Positions 20,159 to 30,203 are shown, numbered from the stretch's first letter. The stretch: DNA of 64,000 nt from Phycisphaerae bacterium (GCA_035504095.1 DATJSN010000092.1:68845-132844), one strand, 5' to 3'. The notes: generated from the sequence alone by a model not told the origin. A program made the numbers and translations.

Positions 20159-20469
20159 GTGTACTTACACCTTTGGCCCGAGTGAATGAGGCTCTGGGGC
20201 TATTGTAAAAAAAAATCGTGCCAGCTTCAAAACAATAGACCAAAATTGTTGGGTAGACAAGCTACGCAATGATGAATTAAGCTGAAACGAAGGGAATTAA
20301 GCGTTTGGCTTGGACATGGGTGAACTTCTCAATCAAGACGGGATGGCCTGGAGCCTCTAACAAAATAAGATAGGCCGACAGCGCCGCAGAAGGGCTATTG
20401 GCGGCCCAACACGACTCCTAGCTTATTTTGTTAGAGACTCTTAAAGTAACGCCGCCATAATTGTTTATT

Positions 20470-20511
20470 TCTCGCCCGGGTGGCGGAATGGCAGACGCTC
20501 AGGACTTAAAA
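20470..20511 (+). repeat. attL: 42-bp direct repeat equal to 4 nt of upstream sequence plus the 5' 38 nt of tRNA-Leu (through the anticodon loop)
   Basis: tctcGCCCGGGTGGCGGAATGGCAGACGCTCAGGACTTAAAA is identical to 54554-54595. Confidence 0.8.
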
Positions 20512-20655
20512 GCCCCCGATGAGTGTTCCCAACCAGCGGAAAATCAAGGACTTACGCCCACTAATCCGAACCCTGCACAATTAGTGCATAAAACCGATCC
20601 AGACTTGGAATTTTTAGCCGAGCGCTGGGATAGCCTGCCCGAAAACATCCGCAGA

Positions 20656-20692
20656 GCGATCCTGGCGCTGGCTGATGTTGCGGGACGGTAAC
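20656..20692 (+). repeat. 36/37-bp direct repeat (copy 1) flanking the AbiE module
   Basis: gcgatcctggcgctggctgatgttgcgggacggtaac matches gcgatctggcgctgactgatgttgcgggacggtaac at 22676-22711. Confidence 0.6.
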
Positions 20693-20748
20693 GGGAACGC
20701 TGACCGGGTGCCCATCGAATCGGTTCGCGCCAGTGGCTTAATATATGC

Positions 20749-21828
20749 TCACTTCGATGCGCTATTAATCGCGGATTCCATCTCGTTGAGGACGGACAGA
20801 ATGTGATCGAAAGAAGGAGGCGGCCCAAAGATCATCTCCTGCATGCTCTGGTAGTCTTTGCGAAGCTCGTCTAATCGTGATTTAGGCGGAACAAGCCGGA
20901 GTGTACCGGGACGGGCATTCGTATAGTTGGCAGATGCTGATGCAAAAAAGACGCTCTTATGTTCTGCCACCTTGAGCAGCAGTTCCGTGTTCTTCATCGC
21001 CTCACGACCAATGCCGTGTTCGTACATACGGACCAGATCATAATAATGGCGAGATTGCCGCTCCCGCAAAATCTTTTTCTCCGAGGTATGGTACCAAGCG
21101 TGAAGGATTGTCGCCTTTTCCCAAAATGTGCGTTCAGCCGCCAGAACATGCACGGAACATGTGGGTGATACAAAAACCTGCGGGAAATCCTCTGCGGCAT
21201 AAGGCGTCACCACACCATCAATGGCTGGCCAATGATCGGAGCGTGCCCCAATCTCCAAGCGGACGATGGGATGAATGTATGCGGGGCTGGTAACTGATGT
21301 TGCCGTGCCGCTGCCAGGATAGTGGAACACCAGCGTCTGCTGATGAGGATCGCCCTGGACAAGGTCCAAAGTCCATGTTTGCCCAGAAGCCTTGCCCAGC
21401 GCGGTAACGAACGAACTGCGAAGCTGAGGAAGAAACGTGTCGTGGATGAACTTTCGGCAAACGTTTGTAAGCGAGTCCAGCCGTTTCTCGCGTTGTTTCC
21501 CAGTCTTCGCGGCAGCGGGGTCGGAATCACCGCCAAACCCCAAATCGCCTCGGTTAATAGAAAGATCGATGTCTTCCGAGAACCGCTCGATCACCTTGAA
21601 CACTTTGGCCAGAGATGTGCCTCCTTTGAAGATCAACCCTGCCGGCGGCGGGCTTAGTGAGAACAATCGCTTCAGTGTCCAACAAACCCAGAAATCCTTC
21701 TCGATGATGGACGTGCTCAATCCGCGACGGGTTGCTACAGCATGGAAAAGATCGGCTCGGTCGCTAGCAGATCGTTGTGCGAATTCATCCACGCACAGTC
21801 TCCGCTGGCTTCCTAGCGTGGCTGACAA
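20749..21828 (-). CDS. abiEii: AbiEii/AbiGii nucleotidyltransferase toxin (type IV TA / abortive infection)
   Basis: FKGGTSLAKVF motif (DUF1814-like); 44-nt overlap with the upstream AbiEi. Confidence 0.7.
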   Translation of the reverse strand: MSATLGSQRRLCVDEFAQRSASDRADLFHAVATRRGLSTSIIEKDFWVCWTLKRLFSLSPPPAGLIFKGGTSLAKVFKVIERFSEDIDLSINRGDLGFGGDSDPAAAKTGKQREKRLDSLTNVCRKFIHDTFLPQLRSSFVTALGKASGQTWTLDLVQGDPHQQTLVFHYPGSGTATSVTSPAYIHPIVRLEIGARSDHWPAIDGVVTPYAAEDFPQVFVSPTCSVHVLAAERTFWEKATILHAWYHTSEKKILRERQSRHYYDLVRMYEHGIGREAMKNTELLLKVAEHKSVFFASASANYTNARPGTLRLVPPKSRLDELRKDYQSMQEMIFGPPPSFDHILSVLNEMESAINSASK

Positions 21829-22459
21829 TCTGACGGACGACGCCAGCTATCCAATCGGTGGTGTAACGGGAGTCTTTGGCTAGATCACGTTTTTCCTTCG
21901 CCGGAATCACCGCCTTAAGCCGAGTCACGACTTGCGGGTCAACTGCTTGTTTGCCCATGTACCGTAAGGCTTGAAAGACCAAGGCGCTGGTCTGGCTGCC
22001 AAGAGGTAGTTCTTTTGGAGCGACGTGTTTAATTTGCAGTTCCATCTTTCCAATACGAATACGCCGGGATCGCCCATCGCTTAGATACACGAACTTGGCG
22101 GGTACCTGTGTGGATAGCCCGAAGATATTGGCGGCGACCGCTCCGGAGGGGACCATTCGGCTGCCGGTTCGGCGTCCGATGGCCTGAGCGACTTGGTCAA
22201 CATCGGGAGTGAGCTTGATTTTCAGGCGAGGGTTGATACGGGGGTAGTAATAAAGGCCTCGTCCTAGACGCTGGATGTTGCCAGAACGAACCAGACGAGA
22301 AAGAGCTTGATCCGTGGCATGGCGTGAACCAGTGTCGAGGAAGTCTTTGGGTGTAAAGACCCCCCCGCTTTTGGCCGACCGGATACGCTCAAGAATGGTT
22401 TGTTGTACAGTATCCATAGGCGAAACCTCGTCAGAAAAGTGTATACGTTTTTCTGACAA
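21785..22459 (-). CDS. abiEi: AbiEi antitoxin/transcriptional regulator
   Basis: N-terminal winged-helix region with RLGRGLYYYP motif. Confidence 0.65.
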   Translation of the reverse strand: MSEKRIHFSDEVSPMDTVQQTILERIRSAKSGGVFTPKDFLDTGSRHATDQALSRLVRSGNIQRLGRGLYYYPRINPRLKIKLTPDVDQVAQAIGRRTGSRMVPSGAVAANIFGLSTQVPAKFVYLSDGRSRRIRIGKMELQIKHVAPKELPLGSQTSALVFQALRYMGKQAVDPQVVTRLKAVIPAKEKRDLAKDSRYTTDWIAGVVRQIVSHARKPAETVRG

Positions 22460-22675
22460 ACTTCAATCCCTTGGTTTTAATCGAGTTGGTACCAGCGGCC
22501 AAGTGAGGGATGGTAGGAATGCGTTAAACATGCCAAGGTTTCACTGCAAATATCAATTTCAACAGATGCTGAAAACCATAAATGCAGTGAAATGTGCGCC
22601 AAAACGCAATTATATTCTTAATAATAAATTACTTGTTCATTATATGGTTATTCGTAGGATATACTCGTTCGGCGT

Positions 22676-22711
22676 GCGATCTGGCGCTGACTGATGTTGC
22701 GGGACGGTAAC
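22676..22711 (+). repeat. 36-bp direct repeat (copy 2) flanking the AbiE module
   Basis: See copy 1. Confidence 0.6.
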
Positions 22712-22843
22712 AATAACAAAGCCACACATAGCGATAGCGACAATTTAAGGTTTGTGTAGCTAAGACGTGATTTTCAGGCCCAGCGCCTTTAAAATATTGG
22801 AGCTTAAGCCAGCATTTTTAAAAGTAGACGATAGGACATCACG

Positions 22844-23314
22844 ATGGCCTTCTCGGTTTTCATCAGTTATTCCACAAACGATCTGGCCAACGCAAAGGCC
22901 TTAAGCTCTTGGGTCAAGGCAGCAGGCGCACAGCCGTTTCTTGCCGAGTATTCGTTGTCGCCCGGCCAACCGTTGGCGTCAGGCATATTGGCAGCGATTC
23001 GAAACTGTAATTTATTTCTGCTCTTGTGGACTGGCAACGCGCGTAACTCGGAATGGGTGCCTCAAGAGATCGGGATTGCAAAAGGCGCAGGCAAAGACAT
23101 TCTTCCAATTGTTCTGCAACGGGGGCTTACGCTGCCCGGTTTCATCAAGGACCTTAAGTACCTCGCCGTTTACAACGATCAGACAGCTACGATTCAATGG
23201 TTGTATCAACATCTGACGGGCAAGGTCAAGCAAAAGGAGGAAATCGAAAAAGTGGTTGCGGGCGGCATTGTCGGCGCGATTCTCCTTCTGTTGGCCGTGG
23301 CTAGCAAGTCCTAA
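22844..23314 (+). CDS. TIR-domain protein with C-terminal transmembrane helix
   Basis: FISYSTNDLANAKAL TIR N-terminus and C-terminal VVAGGIVGAILLLLAVA hydrophobic helix; 156 aa. Confidence 0.65.
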   Translation: MAFSVFISYSTNDLANAKALSSWVKAAGAQPFLAEYSLSPGQPLASGILAAIRNCNLFLLLWTGNARNSEWVPQEIGIAKGAGKDILPIVLQRGLTLPGFIKDLKYLAVYNDQTATIQWLYQHLTGKVKQKEEIEKVVAGGIVGAILLLLAVASKS

Positions 23315-23515
23315 CTAAGACATGATTTTCATGCCTAGCACTTTTAGAAGATGCTGAAGCTTGTTACTTCCCATCGACTTCCGGCGATGCAGATAATCGT
23401 AAATGTGCCGCTGGCTGATCTTTCCGTCTACTGCCTGGCCAAGTGAGTAAGAGTTTAACCCCAGCTTTTCCACCTTAGCGATCACTGCTTCCTGGATTTC
23501 GTCTTTTTGACTCAT
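23315..23515 (-). CDS. small XRE/Cro-like DNA-binding protein
   Basis: 66 aa; last gene of the ArdC-AlpA operon. Confidence 0.35.
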   Translation of the reverse strand: MSQKDEIQEAVIAKVEKLGLNSYSLGQAVDGKISQRHIYDYLHRRKSMGSNKLQHLLKVLGMKIMS

Positions 23516-23530
23516 GGGTACGATTATACT

Positions 23531-23824
23531 TCATTCTTTTTTTATCCGCTCCCACTTATCGCGCGACGGTGCTCCAGCAGCCAACCAGTCGCGTAGCTCG
23601 TCGATGAGCCAGAGATGACGCCGCGCGATCCAAAAACCTAGCGGCGTCTGGCCAGCCGAAAACTGTGCCAGCCAAGTAGAGCGTGAAATGCCGCATAGTT
23701 TTGCGGCATCAGCAGCCCCAACGGCCAGCGGGGTGATAGGGCTGGCTTGTGGTGTGGCGGTTACGGTGCTAACGGTTTCATCGGGACCGCAGCGTTGGGT
23801 CCGTTTTTCGAGATTACTTGCCAT
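23531..23824 (-). CDS. AlpA/excisionase-family helix-turn-helix protein
   Basis: AKLCGISRSTW...WIARRHLW. Confidence 0.5.
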   Translation of the reverse strand: MASNLEKRTQRCGPDETVSTVTATPQASPITPLAVGAADAAKLCGISRSTWLAQFSAGQTPLGFWIARRHLWLIDELRDWLAAGAPSRDKWERIKKE

Positions 23825-23898
23825 GCTATTTCACCACGCTGCGCCAGAGTCGGGCACGACACATGTCCGGCTCAGGCCCCTATTGTTCAAGTTATTCC

Positions 23899-24876
23899 TT
23901 ACGCTGCAATCGCTTCCGGCTGCTGTTCCGTTGCGACAGCCGCGCCATGCTGGCCAGTGATCCAGTCAGCGGCCTTCTGTGCCGCACCTGCCGCGACTAC
24001 GGCAAGCCGATTGTTGCCGCGTAGAACCTTGATCCATGAGCCGATATAGGCGGCCTGGTTCTCAATGGTCGCTGGCTGAATGCCAGCCCGAGCGCACAGA
24101 TACGCGGCTGACATTTCGGCGATCAACTCTTCACGTACATATTCCGGCGTCTCATGCCCCGTCGGTTTCATCCCGTCTTTGCGATCAAGACGTGTGAAAT
24201 GTCCCGTAGAATGCGCCAACTCGTGAAATAGCGTTGCGTAGTAAGCTTCCGGTGAGACAAACCGTGTAGGCTCCGGGATCAAAACCTTATCTAGCGATGG
24301 CCGATACAACGGGGCGAGGCCGCCATGCTCAATTGTCGGTGCGTTGTCGTACCCTTTGACGATTGCTTCCGCATTTTCAATTGGCGAAAACAAAGTCGGC
24401 TTATATTCGCTGGCATCCGGCGCCGCGATACCTTCGCACTGGTCAACATTGAACACGTTGTAGTAACGCAGCATCGGCACTGTGTCAGGCTCTCCGGTCT
24501 GGCGGTCTACAATCGCCAATTGCTTCCAGAAGATAACCATTGACGATTTTTCACCCTTTTTTACCGAGCCGCCGCGTTCTTTTGCCTGATTGAACGTCAA
24601 CCAGTAAGACGAGACATAACCCTTGCAATACGCCGCAATGTTCAGCGTGAACACGTTCAGGCCGCGATACCCTTTGCCAGTGTTTAGGTTTTTCGGCCAG
24701 CCTGTCTCGCCGCGCCCTAGCACTGGATGACGCCAGGGAACCACGCCTTTTTCAAGCATGGCGACTATCTGATCCGTTACTGTTTGGCACAAATCGAATC
24801 TACTCATTGATGCATCCTCACTATCCCGACGACCGGTCGGCGCGGGCAATCGAACAAATTGGATCGCTAAAGACAC
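23899..24876 (-). CDS. ardC: ArdC-family antirestriction protein (ssDNA-binding N-domain plus HExxH zincin domain)
   Basis: N-terminus DQIVAMLEKGVVPWRHPV and C-terminal FHELAHSTGH. Confidence 0.75.
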   Translation of the reverse strand: MSLAIQFVRLPAPTGRRDSEDASMSRFDLCQTVTDQIVAMLEKGVVPWRHPVLGRGETGWPKNLNTGKGYRGLNVFTLNIAAYCKGYVSSYWLTFNQAKERGGSVKKGEKSSMVIFWKQLAIVDRQTGEPDTVPMLRYYNVFNVDQCEGIAAPDASEYKPTLFSPIENAEAIVKGYDNAPTIEHGGLAPLYRPSLDKVLIPEPTRFVSPEAYYATLFHELAHSTGHFTRLDRKDGMKPTGHETPEYVREELIAEMSAAYLCARAGIQPATIENQAAYIGSWIKVLRGNNRLAVVAAGAAQKAADWITGQHGAAVATEQQPEAIAA

Positions 24877-25214
24877 TATAGAGCTATCGCTCTATAGTGT
24901 CAAGCACATTTTTATAGAATATTTAATAAGACTTGAAGTGAGCGAGCTGTTTAAGTTATATGGGGTTTACACGCTGTTTATTATCGCCGTTATGGTGTCG
25001 ATTCTAGTGGTGATAGCTACGCGAGCATATATCCAATGGACTGATAGTCAGCCAATACCGCTATGGCATCAACCGTCTACAACGCAACAATAATTTGTAT
25101 AATATTCTTATCTCGGATATTTTTTCACCATGCCTAAGCGTCCATTATTAGTTGTGAATAAATATGGCTAATATTTTTCTAGTGGAGCGTGTAGCGAGCT
25201 GAGGAAATTTAAGA

Positions 25215-26579
25215 ATGATACTTGCAATCGTTGAGAACAACAGCCCAGCAATAGCGCTTTTAATTGTGGTAGGCATAGCCGTTCTCGGAAATACTTTATT
25301 GCGTGGATCCAGACTACTATTTAGGAAGTTGAGCGGTTGGAAGGCATTGACACAAAGATTCCCCGTGAAAATTATCCATATGTCCGGCGAGAAATACAGA
25401 GCACATGGAGAGTGTGTCAACTTTAGATTTCGCCACAGCGGCCTATATAAACCGTACCTAATTGAGCTTGCACAAGAAGGCCTTTTAGTCACGGCCAGTT
25501 TCGCTTCAGGCTCGCCAATATTTATTCCCTGGTCTAGTGTCGGCGGTGTTAGCGTGATCGATCTAGATCATTTGGGGACGGCAGTTGGGGTGACTGTGGA
25601 CTATGAAAAAATAATGCGTTTCGAGCTTCCCAATGCCGCACTGACCACCATTCAAAAAAATATTCTTGCAGAACGATTCCAAAAAGTAACGAGTTCTCCA
25701 TTATCTACTGTCTCACTATTCGAGACGAGAAATGCACCAACAATAGAAAAAGACGAACCCACAAAAAGCGTAACGAGAAACCAACCAACGACGGCAGGGC
25801 AAACCTTAATCACCAAACCGAAAATTGCTCCAACTTCAACCAGCCCTGGCAATTTACCAGTTACGATTTCTGAATGGCAATCTGCTACTGATCAACTAGC
25901 CGGAATTAATGAAAGCACTTGGATTCCTTCAAAAGGGTATGCCAATAATTCCCAGAATGTTAATAATGTATACAAATTCTATCAAACCATATACGAGGCG
26001 AATCCTAATCTTTTGTGGGCCGGTCTGGCTGCTGTGGCTGGTAGTAATGATGTACTGTGGACATTGAAGATACTGAATTCACTCGCCGTCTATGATCCAA
26101 CTGATGATCTTCCCATTACTGAAGACACGCTTCTAACTATGCAACAGAACATTTACAAAGACCTTGCTTGGCAACAAGTGGCATATCAGTTTGGTAGGAT
26201 CGATGCAGTCACAAACATTTATCTAAGTGGTGGAATAACGCCAGAAAATTATCAAACATGGCTGAAAATAGATAATGGCATCCAGACAGGTATTAGCAAG
26301 CAAATCGTAACTGGCAATTATGAACTGCTCTATAGGGAACAATTCATGATTGTCACCCCAGGATATGTAAAACTCAGGAACCTTCCCTTCCCAGTCCCAT
26401 CTGTCGTGGAGGATTTATTTGTATCAAATCCAATTCCAGGAGGTGCGCAATTTGATGGCGATATAACTGATTTCCAACAACGAATGTCTTGGATGGGTGA
26501 TCAGGTATTTTATCCATTTAGTCAGATGTCTCCAGGCGACCGTTTAAATCTTGTCGCAAAACCAATTATGAATCAGTAG
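25215..26579 (+). CDS. hypothetical membrane-anchored protein (N-terminal TM, Thr/Pro-rich linker, C-terminal globular domain)
   Basis: 454 aa in a very AT-rich segment; no family recognised. Confidence 0.4.
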   Translation: MILAIVENNSPAIALLIVVGIAVLGNTLLRGSRLLFRKLSGWKALTQRFPVKIIHMSGEKYRAHGECVNFRFRHSGLYKPYLIELAQEGLLVTASFASGSPIFIPWSSVGGVSVIDLDHLGTAVGVTVDYEKIMRFELPNAALTTIQKNILAERFQKVTSSPLSTVSLFETRNAPTIEKDEPTKSVTRNQPTTAGQTLITKPKIAPTSTSPGNLPVTISEWQSATDQLAGINESTWIPSKGYANNSQNVNNVYKFYQTIYEANPNLLWAGLAAVAGSNDVLWTLKILNSLAVYDPTDDLPITEDTLLTMQQNIYKDLAWQQVAYQFGRIDAVTNIYLSGGITPENYQTWLKIDNGIQTGISKQIVTGNYELLYREQFMIVTPGYVKLRNLPFPVPSVVEDLFVSNPIPGGAQFDGDITDFQQRMSWMGDQVFYPFSQMSPGDRLNLVAKPIMNQ

Positions 26580-26648
26580 AGGACAGAAGACAGGATATTC
26601 AGCGAAATTTACCGTACAGAAAAATATGTAGCGTGTGCGGAAAATTGA

Positions 26649-28286
26649 TCAGATAATTTTTAACCATGATACCTCAACATCATCAAATTCTTCTGATAAA
26701 CTAAGAAAAGCCGGTAGACAAGCTCCACATTTCTCTCCTAGATTTTTATTAAATGCTTCATTGTATGAATCGGCATACAACGTGGAACAAATCAAGGCAC
26801 GTGATGTATGGTATTTTACCTTTTCGCTGTAGAAACCAACGCCACCCAGAACAGTATTAAACCACATTTTAACTGTTTCAGCAAAATTATAAGGAATATT
26901 AAGGCGAGATAATGCCCGAATACAAAGACGCCAACCTTGTCTTTCCTCTTTAATATATTTTGGTCTTCTAAAACGCAAAACACTAGTACCATTGCAATAT
27001 TTGTCCAAATTTGTAATCCTGACATTACCCCCACGAACTAAGCTATCAAATGTGGCTTCTACTACATTGTAACCATCTCCAATATACATGGCGGCATGTG
27101 TCCATTGAGCATCCTGGTCCTTGTAGCCGCCTTTGTTTTGGACTTGACTAATCCACTTTGATACAAAATCATTCACCTTGACATCCCGAACTAAAAGCAA
27201 ATCACCAGCGCACAATTTCTTTGTATCGATTAGCTTTCCAAATTTTCTTGTTGTGTCCGGTAATGCGCGCAAATCGCTAATGGTGCCTTTGCTATCGTTA
27301 TTAGGAAGAAGCTCATGCTGGGTTGGTAGCACAAGTGCTGTCGAATCTGGTAAAGCGATTTTCACAAGTTCATTACAGGGAATACATTTTTTTAAGCATT
27401 GTGCAATTATTTCCTCTAGTTCCTTTAGTTCCTTGCTCTCGTCTGATAATACATTCGCTTTGTTGTTAAAGTGTTTAATAAACTCTTCTTGCATAGCATT
27501 GACCAACGAACGCCGCGTCGTGTTCAATGTTATTTTCGGCATATTAATCCCACTGATTTTATTACCAATATAATTTTTAGGAATAGTTCCGCCAATCTCT
27601 TTTGAGGTTTCACTGTGCAAGTTATTGAAATCAATTGCATATTTAGGGTGCTTATCTACAATCAAAACATCTTTAATAAACGGCGCTTCCTTTTGGAGTA
27701 ATGGCTTTATGTTTTCTACCATATCTTTACTCATGTGAAGCTGAGATTTGATTGGCGAATCATTACAAAATAAAACCACGTCATTATTTATGTGTGATTT
27801 TAAAGTCGGTAGATCAATAATAAGTTCTGATATCGCGCCACTGTAATTAAGGAATTTCGTATCCGATCCATATTTCTGTTTGGCATCATCCAATGCTGGT
27901 GCTTTATCTTGTTGTGGACGTAGGTATACTTTTCGAATATTTCTTCTTTGTCCGGTAGTTCTTTTGATTTTAACGCCGGTAACTTTACCAGACTTTGAGT
28001 CTATAGAATATGATACAGGCGTATTGGCGCGGAGATGCAATTTAGTGAAGGACTGACCTCGGTAGTTTTCAATTGCTTCCGGCGTGAAAACTAAAGTCTT
28101 ACCTTCTGGAGTTGAAATATAAACTAATGATCTACCGGATATCCGTTCAACAACACCATTCAATCTAATTCCATCAGTTTGTCCAGCCGCCCCAACTATA
28201 TTCTTTTTAGTACTCGGCATATTGCACCCCTTAAAACTCCAAGCGAATTTACCGTTACCATAGTTTTCTACGTAGTCTATCGCCAC
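26649..28286 (-). CDS. hypothetical protein with C-terminal permuted papain-like (His-then-Cys; YiiX/C92-like) putative hydrolase region
   Basis: 545 aa. WTHAAMYIGDGYNVVEA followed by ALICSTLYADSY; AT-rich. Confidence 0.35.
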   Translation of the reverse strand: MAIDYVENYGNGKFAWSFKGCNMPSTKKNIVGAAGQTDGIRLNGVVERISGRSLVYISTPEGKTLVFTPEAIENYRGQSFTKLHLRANTPVSYSIDSKSGKVTGVKIKRTTGQRRNIRKVYLRPQQDKAPALDDAKQKYGSDTKFLNYSGAISELIIDLPTLKSHINNDVVLFCNDSPIKSQLHMSKDMVENIKPLLQKEAPFIKDVLIVDKHPKYAIDFNNLHSETSKEIGGTIPKNYIGNKISGINMPKITLNTTRRSLVNAMQEEFIKHFNNKANVLSDESKELKELEEIIAQCLKKCIPCNELVKIALPDSTALVLPTQHELLPNNDSKGTISDLRALPDTTRKFGKLIDTKKLCAGDLLLVRDVKVNDFVSKWISQVQNKGGYKDQDAQWTHAAMYIGDGYNVVEATFDSLVRGGNVRITNLDKYCNGTSVLRFRRPKYIKEERQGWRLCIRALSRLNIPYNFAETVKMWFNTVLGGVGFYSEKVKYHTSRALICSTLYADSYNEAFNKNLGEKCGACLPAFLSLSEEFDDVEVSWLKII

Positions 28287-28831
28287 GAACCCGGTTCTTC
28301 CAGAGTTTTCGCTATATTCAGATGTATAACGTCAAATCGGGAATTTGAGTGAGGCTATGTAGGATTGACAATCTGTTCGGATCGCGTTCGATACTAAAAA
28401 TAATTGGTTAACCATTGAGCGATACCGGCAGGTGCGTTAACATCACCCAACGTCGCCATTTCCTGTCGTAATTGCTGGCGACGGTCTGTAAAACATGAAA
28501 ATTTAAGGGGTCAATATGAACGGTCAACTTGATCATGTTGATGAAATGCTCTCGCAACTACGGGCTCTTGCCACCAACAAACAAAACCCAAATAGACCAT
28601 TGCTGTGGAATGAACTGGGATTAATTATTAATTCAATTGACACAATTAAAGACGTTTTACGGGCACAGCAGATTGAAATTGAAAATTTAAAGAAAAAGTA
28701 ACAGTGGAGCACCCGAAAACAAACCGCCGCTAACTCTAAACGGAACCACGCGGGGCCTTCTTTTTAGCTACACAAGAACTTGATTACGTAGTCAAGTAGG
28801 CCATTTTAAGCAAGTTAACCTGCCGGGCTTT

Positions 28832-29038
28832 TTACTTCGCCGTCGGCAGCGTTTCGATGATCGCCTCAATTTCGCCGCGCCGCCAGCGGGTTGATCCGGC
28901 CAGCCGGACCGGGGCGGGCAACTTTCCGGCACTGCTCAGTTTCCAAACCTGGCGGCGGCTCAGGCTGAGTAATTCCGCTACTTCCCAGTCCTTCATCAAA
29001 GCGGACGCCGGATTGCTGGATTTCAGGAAATCGGTCAT
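28832..29038 (-). CDS. AlpA-family phage regulatory/excisionase-like HTH protein
   Basis: WEVAELLSLSRRQVWKLSSAGKLPAPVRL...RWRRGEIEA. Confidence 0.55.
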   Translation of the reverse strand: MTDFLKSSNPASALMKDWEVAELLSLSRRQVWKLSSAGKLPAPVRLAGSTRWRRGEIEAIIETLPTAK

Positions 29039-29259
29039 TTTGGCACTCCATTAAACTCACCTGTTGACAAACAGGCTACAAAAATAAAATTAGCAAATTC
29101 TGTGCATTGGGTTGGCACTCGATTAAACTCGCCTGAGCAAAGCTAAAAAAAACCGCCATTGCTGGCAGATACACGTCCGGCTTAGACGACCCAGGAGTCC
29201 ATTCTCCCAAATTTATGCTGCTGGTACGATTGTCCTTGAAATGAACCTTTTTAAGGATA

Positions 29260-30171
29260 TTGTTCATGAATCTTTTTTCCCGTAAGAATCAACCAAAGCC
29301 AGACACATACCAGTACACGTTCCCTAGTAATGTTCGTAGTCGAATTCTCCTGACCTTCGCAGGCTTTTATGAGAACAACTATGATGGGTCTTCTTTTCGA
29401 TCACTCTTAGATGACGTAGCCCCAATACTTGCGAGAGAGTATGGAGGTTTAATGGGGGGCGACCAAATGGCGTCCCCTAGTCACGACCACCATCCAGTGA
29501 TCTTACACTTGTCATATTGCTCCGACCCGCAAGTGATTGATTTCATAACTATCGCTTTCCGGTCATGGAACTATAGGGCAGGACAGCACGGTGTGGATGA
29601 GATCAATCGCATTCTTCGAGAAGAATCTATTGGATACGAGTTCACACAGTACGTTGAACGAGAAGTACTTAGCCAAGATTCCAGTGGAAGAACAAGAAGA
29701 CTTATCGAATACGATTACCCAGAGGTGATCGTTAAGCACGAAGAATATGCCCATGAAAGCATTGTCAAGCCTTGTCTCAGCGTACTTGCCAATCCAGTGT
29801 TCAAGGTTGCTAACGATGAGATGTTGAAGGCACACGAACATATTCGGAAGAATAACTTGGATGATGCTATAACGTGTTGCGGAGCGGCGTATGAGAGCGT
29901 CATTAAGACGGTTCTCGATAAGAAGGGGTGGACATATGACGCCAAGAAGGATACGTGTGCCACGTTAGTGGACATCTGCGTAAGGGAGGGCTTACTGCCC
30001 GGATTCTGTGCCGATGCATTTAAGGCACCCGGTCGCTTCCGAAACAACCTAAGTTCAGCACACGGACGAGGTCCAACACCACTCCATGTCGCCGACCTCG
30101 AACACGTCGATTATATGATTCAGCTTTCATCTGCCAATATAATATTCCTAGTGAAATTGGCGAAATTCTGA
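29260..30171 (+). CDS. hypothetical protein with C-terminal HEPN-like R-x6-H motif (AbiJ-like architecture suspected)
   Basis: RNNLSSAHGRG near the C-terminus; first gene of a plus-strand block ending in the STAND NTPase. Confidence 0.3.
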   Translation: MFMNLFSRKNQPKPDTYQYTFPSNVRSRILLTFAGFYENNYDGSSFRSLLDDVAPILAREYGGLMGGDQMASPSHDHHPVILHLSYCSDPQVIDFITIAFRSWNYRAGQHGVDEINRILREESIGYEFTQYVEREVLSQDSSGRTRRLIEYDYPEVIVKHEEYAHESIVKPCLSVLANPVFKVANDEMLKAHEHIRKNNLDDAITCCGAAYESVIKTVLDKKGWTYDAKKDTCATLVDICVREGLLPGFCADAFKAPGRFRNNLSSAHGRGPTPLHVADLEHVDYMIQLSSANIIFLVKLAKF

Positions 30172-30203
30172 AGCGCTGGCAAAAGCAAATAGACTGGTAT
30201 TTC

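Noticed and set aside
20470-20511. A second tRNA-Leu gene at the left end of the island
   Set aside because: Only the 5' 38 nt of the tRNA are present (no T-arm or 3' acceptor strand), so it is an att-site remnant and not a gene.
20461-20691. 76-aa ORF starting at the attL repeat (MFISRPGGGMADAQDLK...)
   Set aside because: Its N-terminus is simply the translated tRNA-Leu fragment and it has an alternative TTG start, so it is most likely spurious. It is kept only as evidence for the att duplication.
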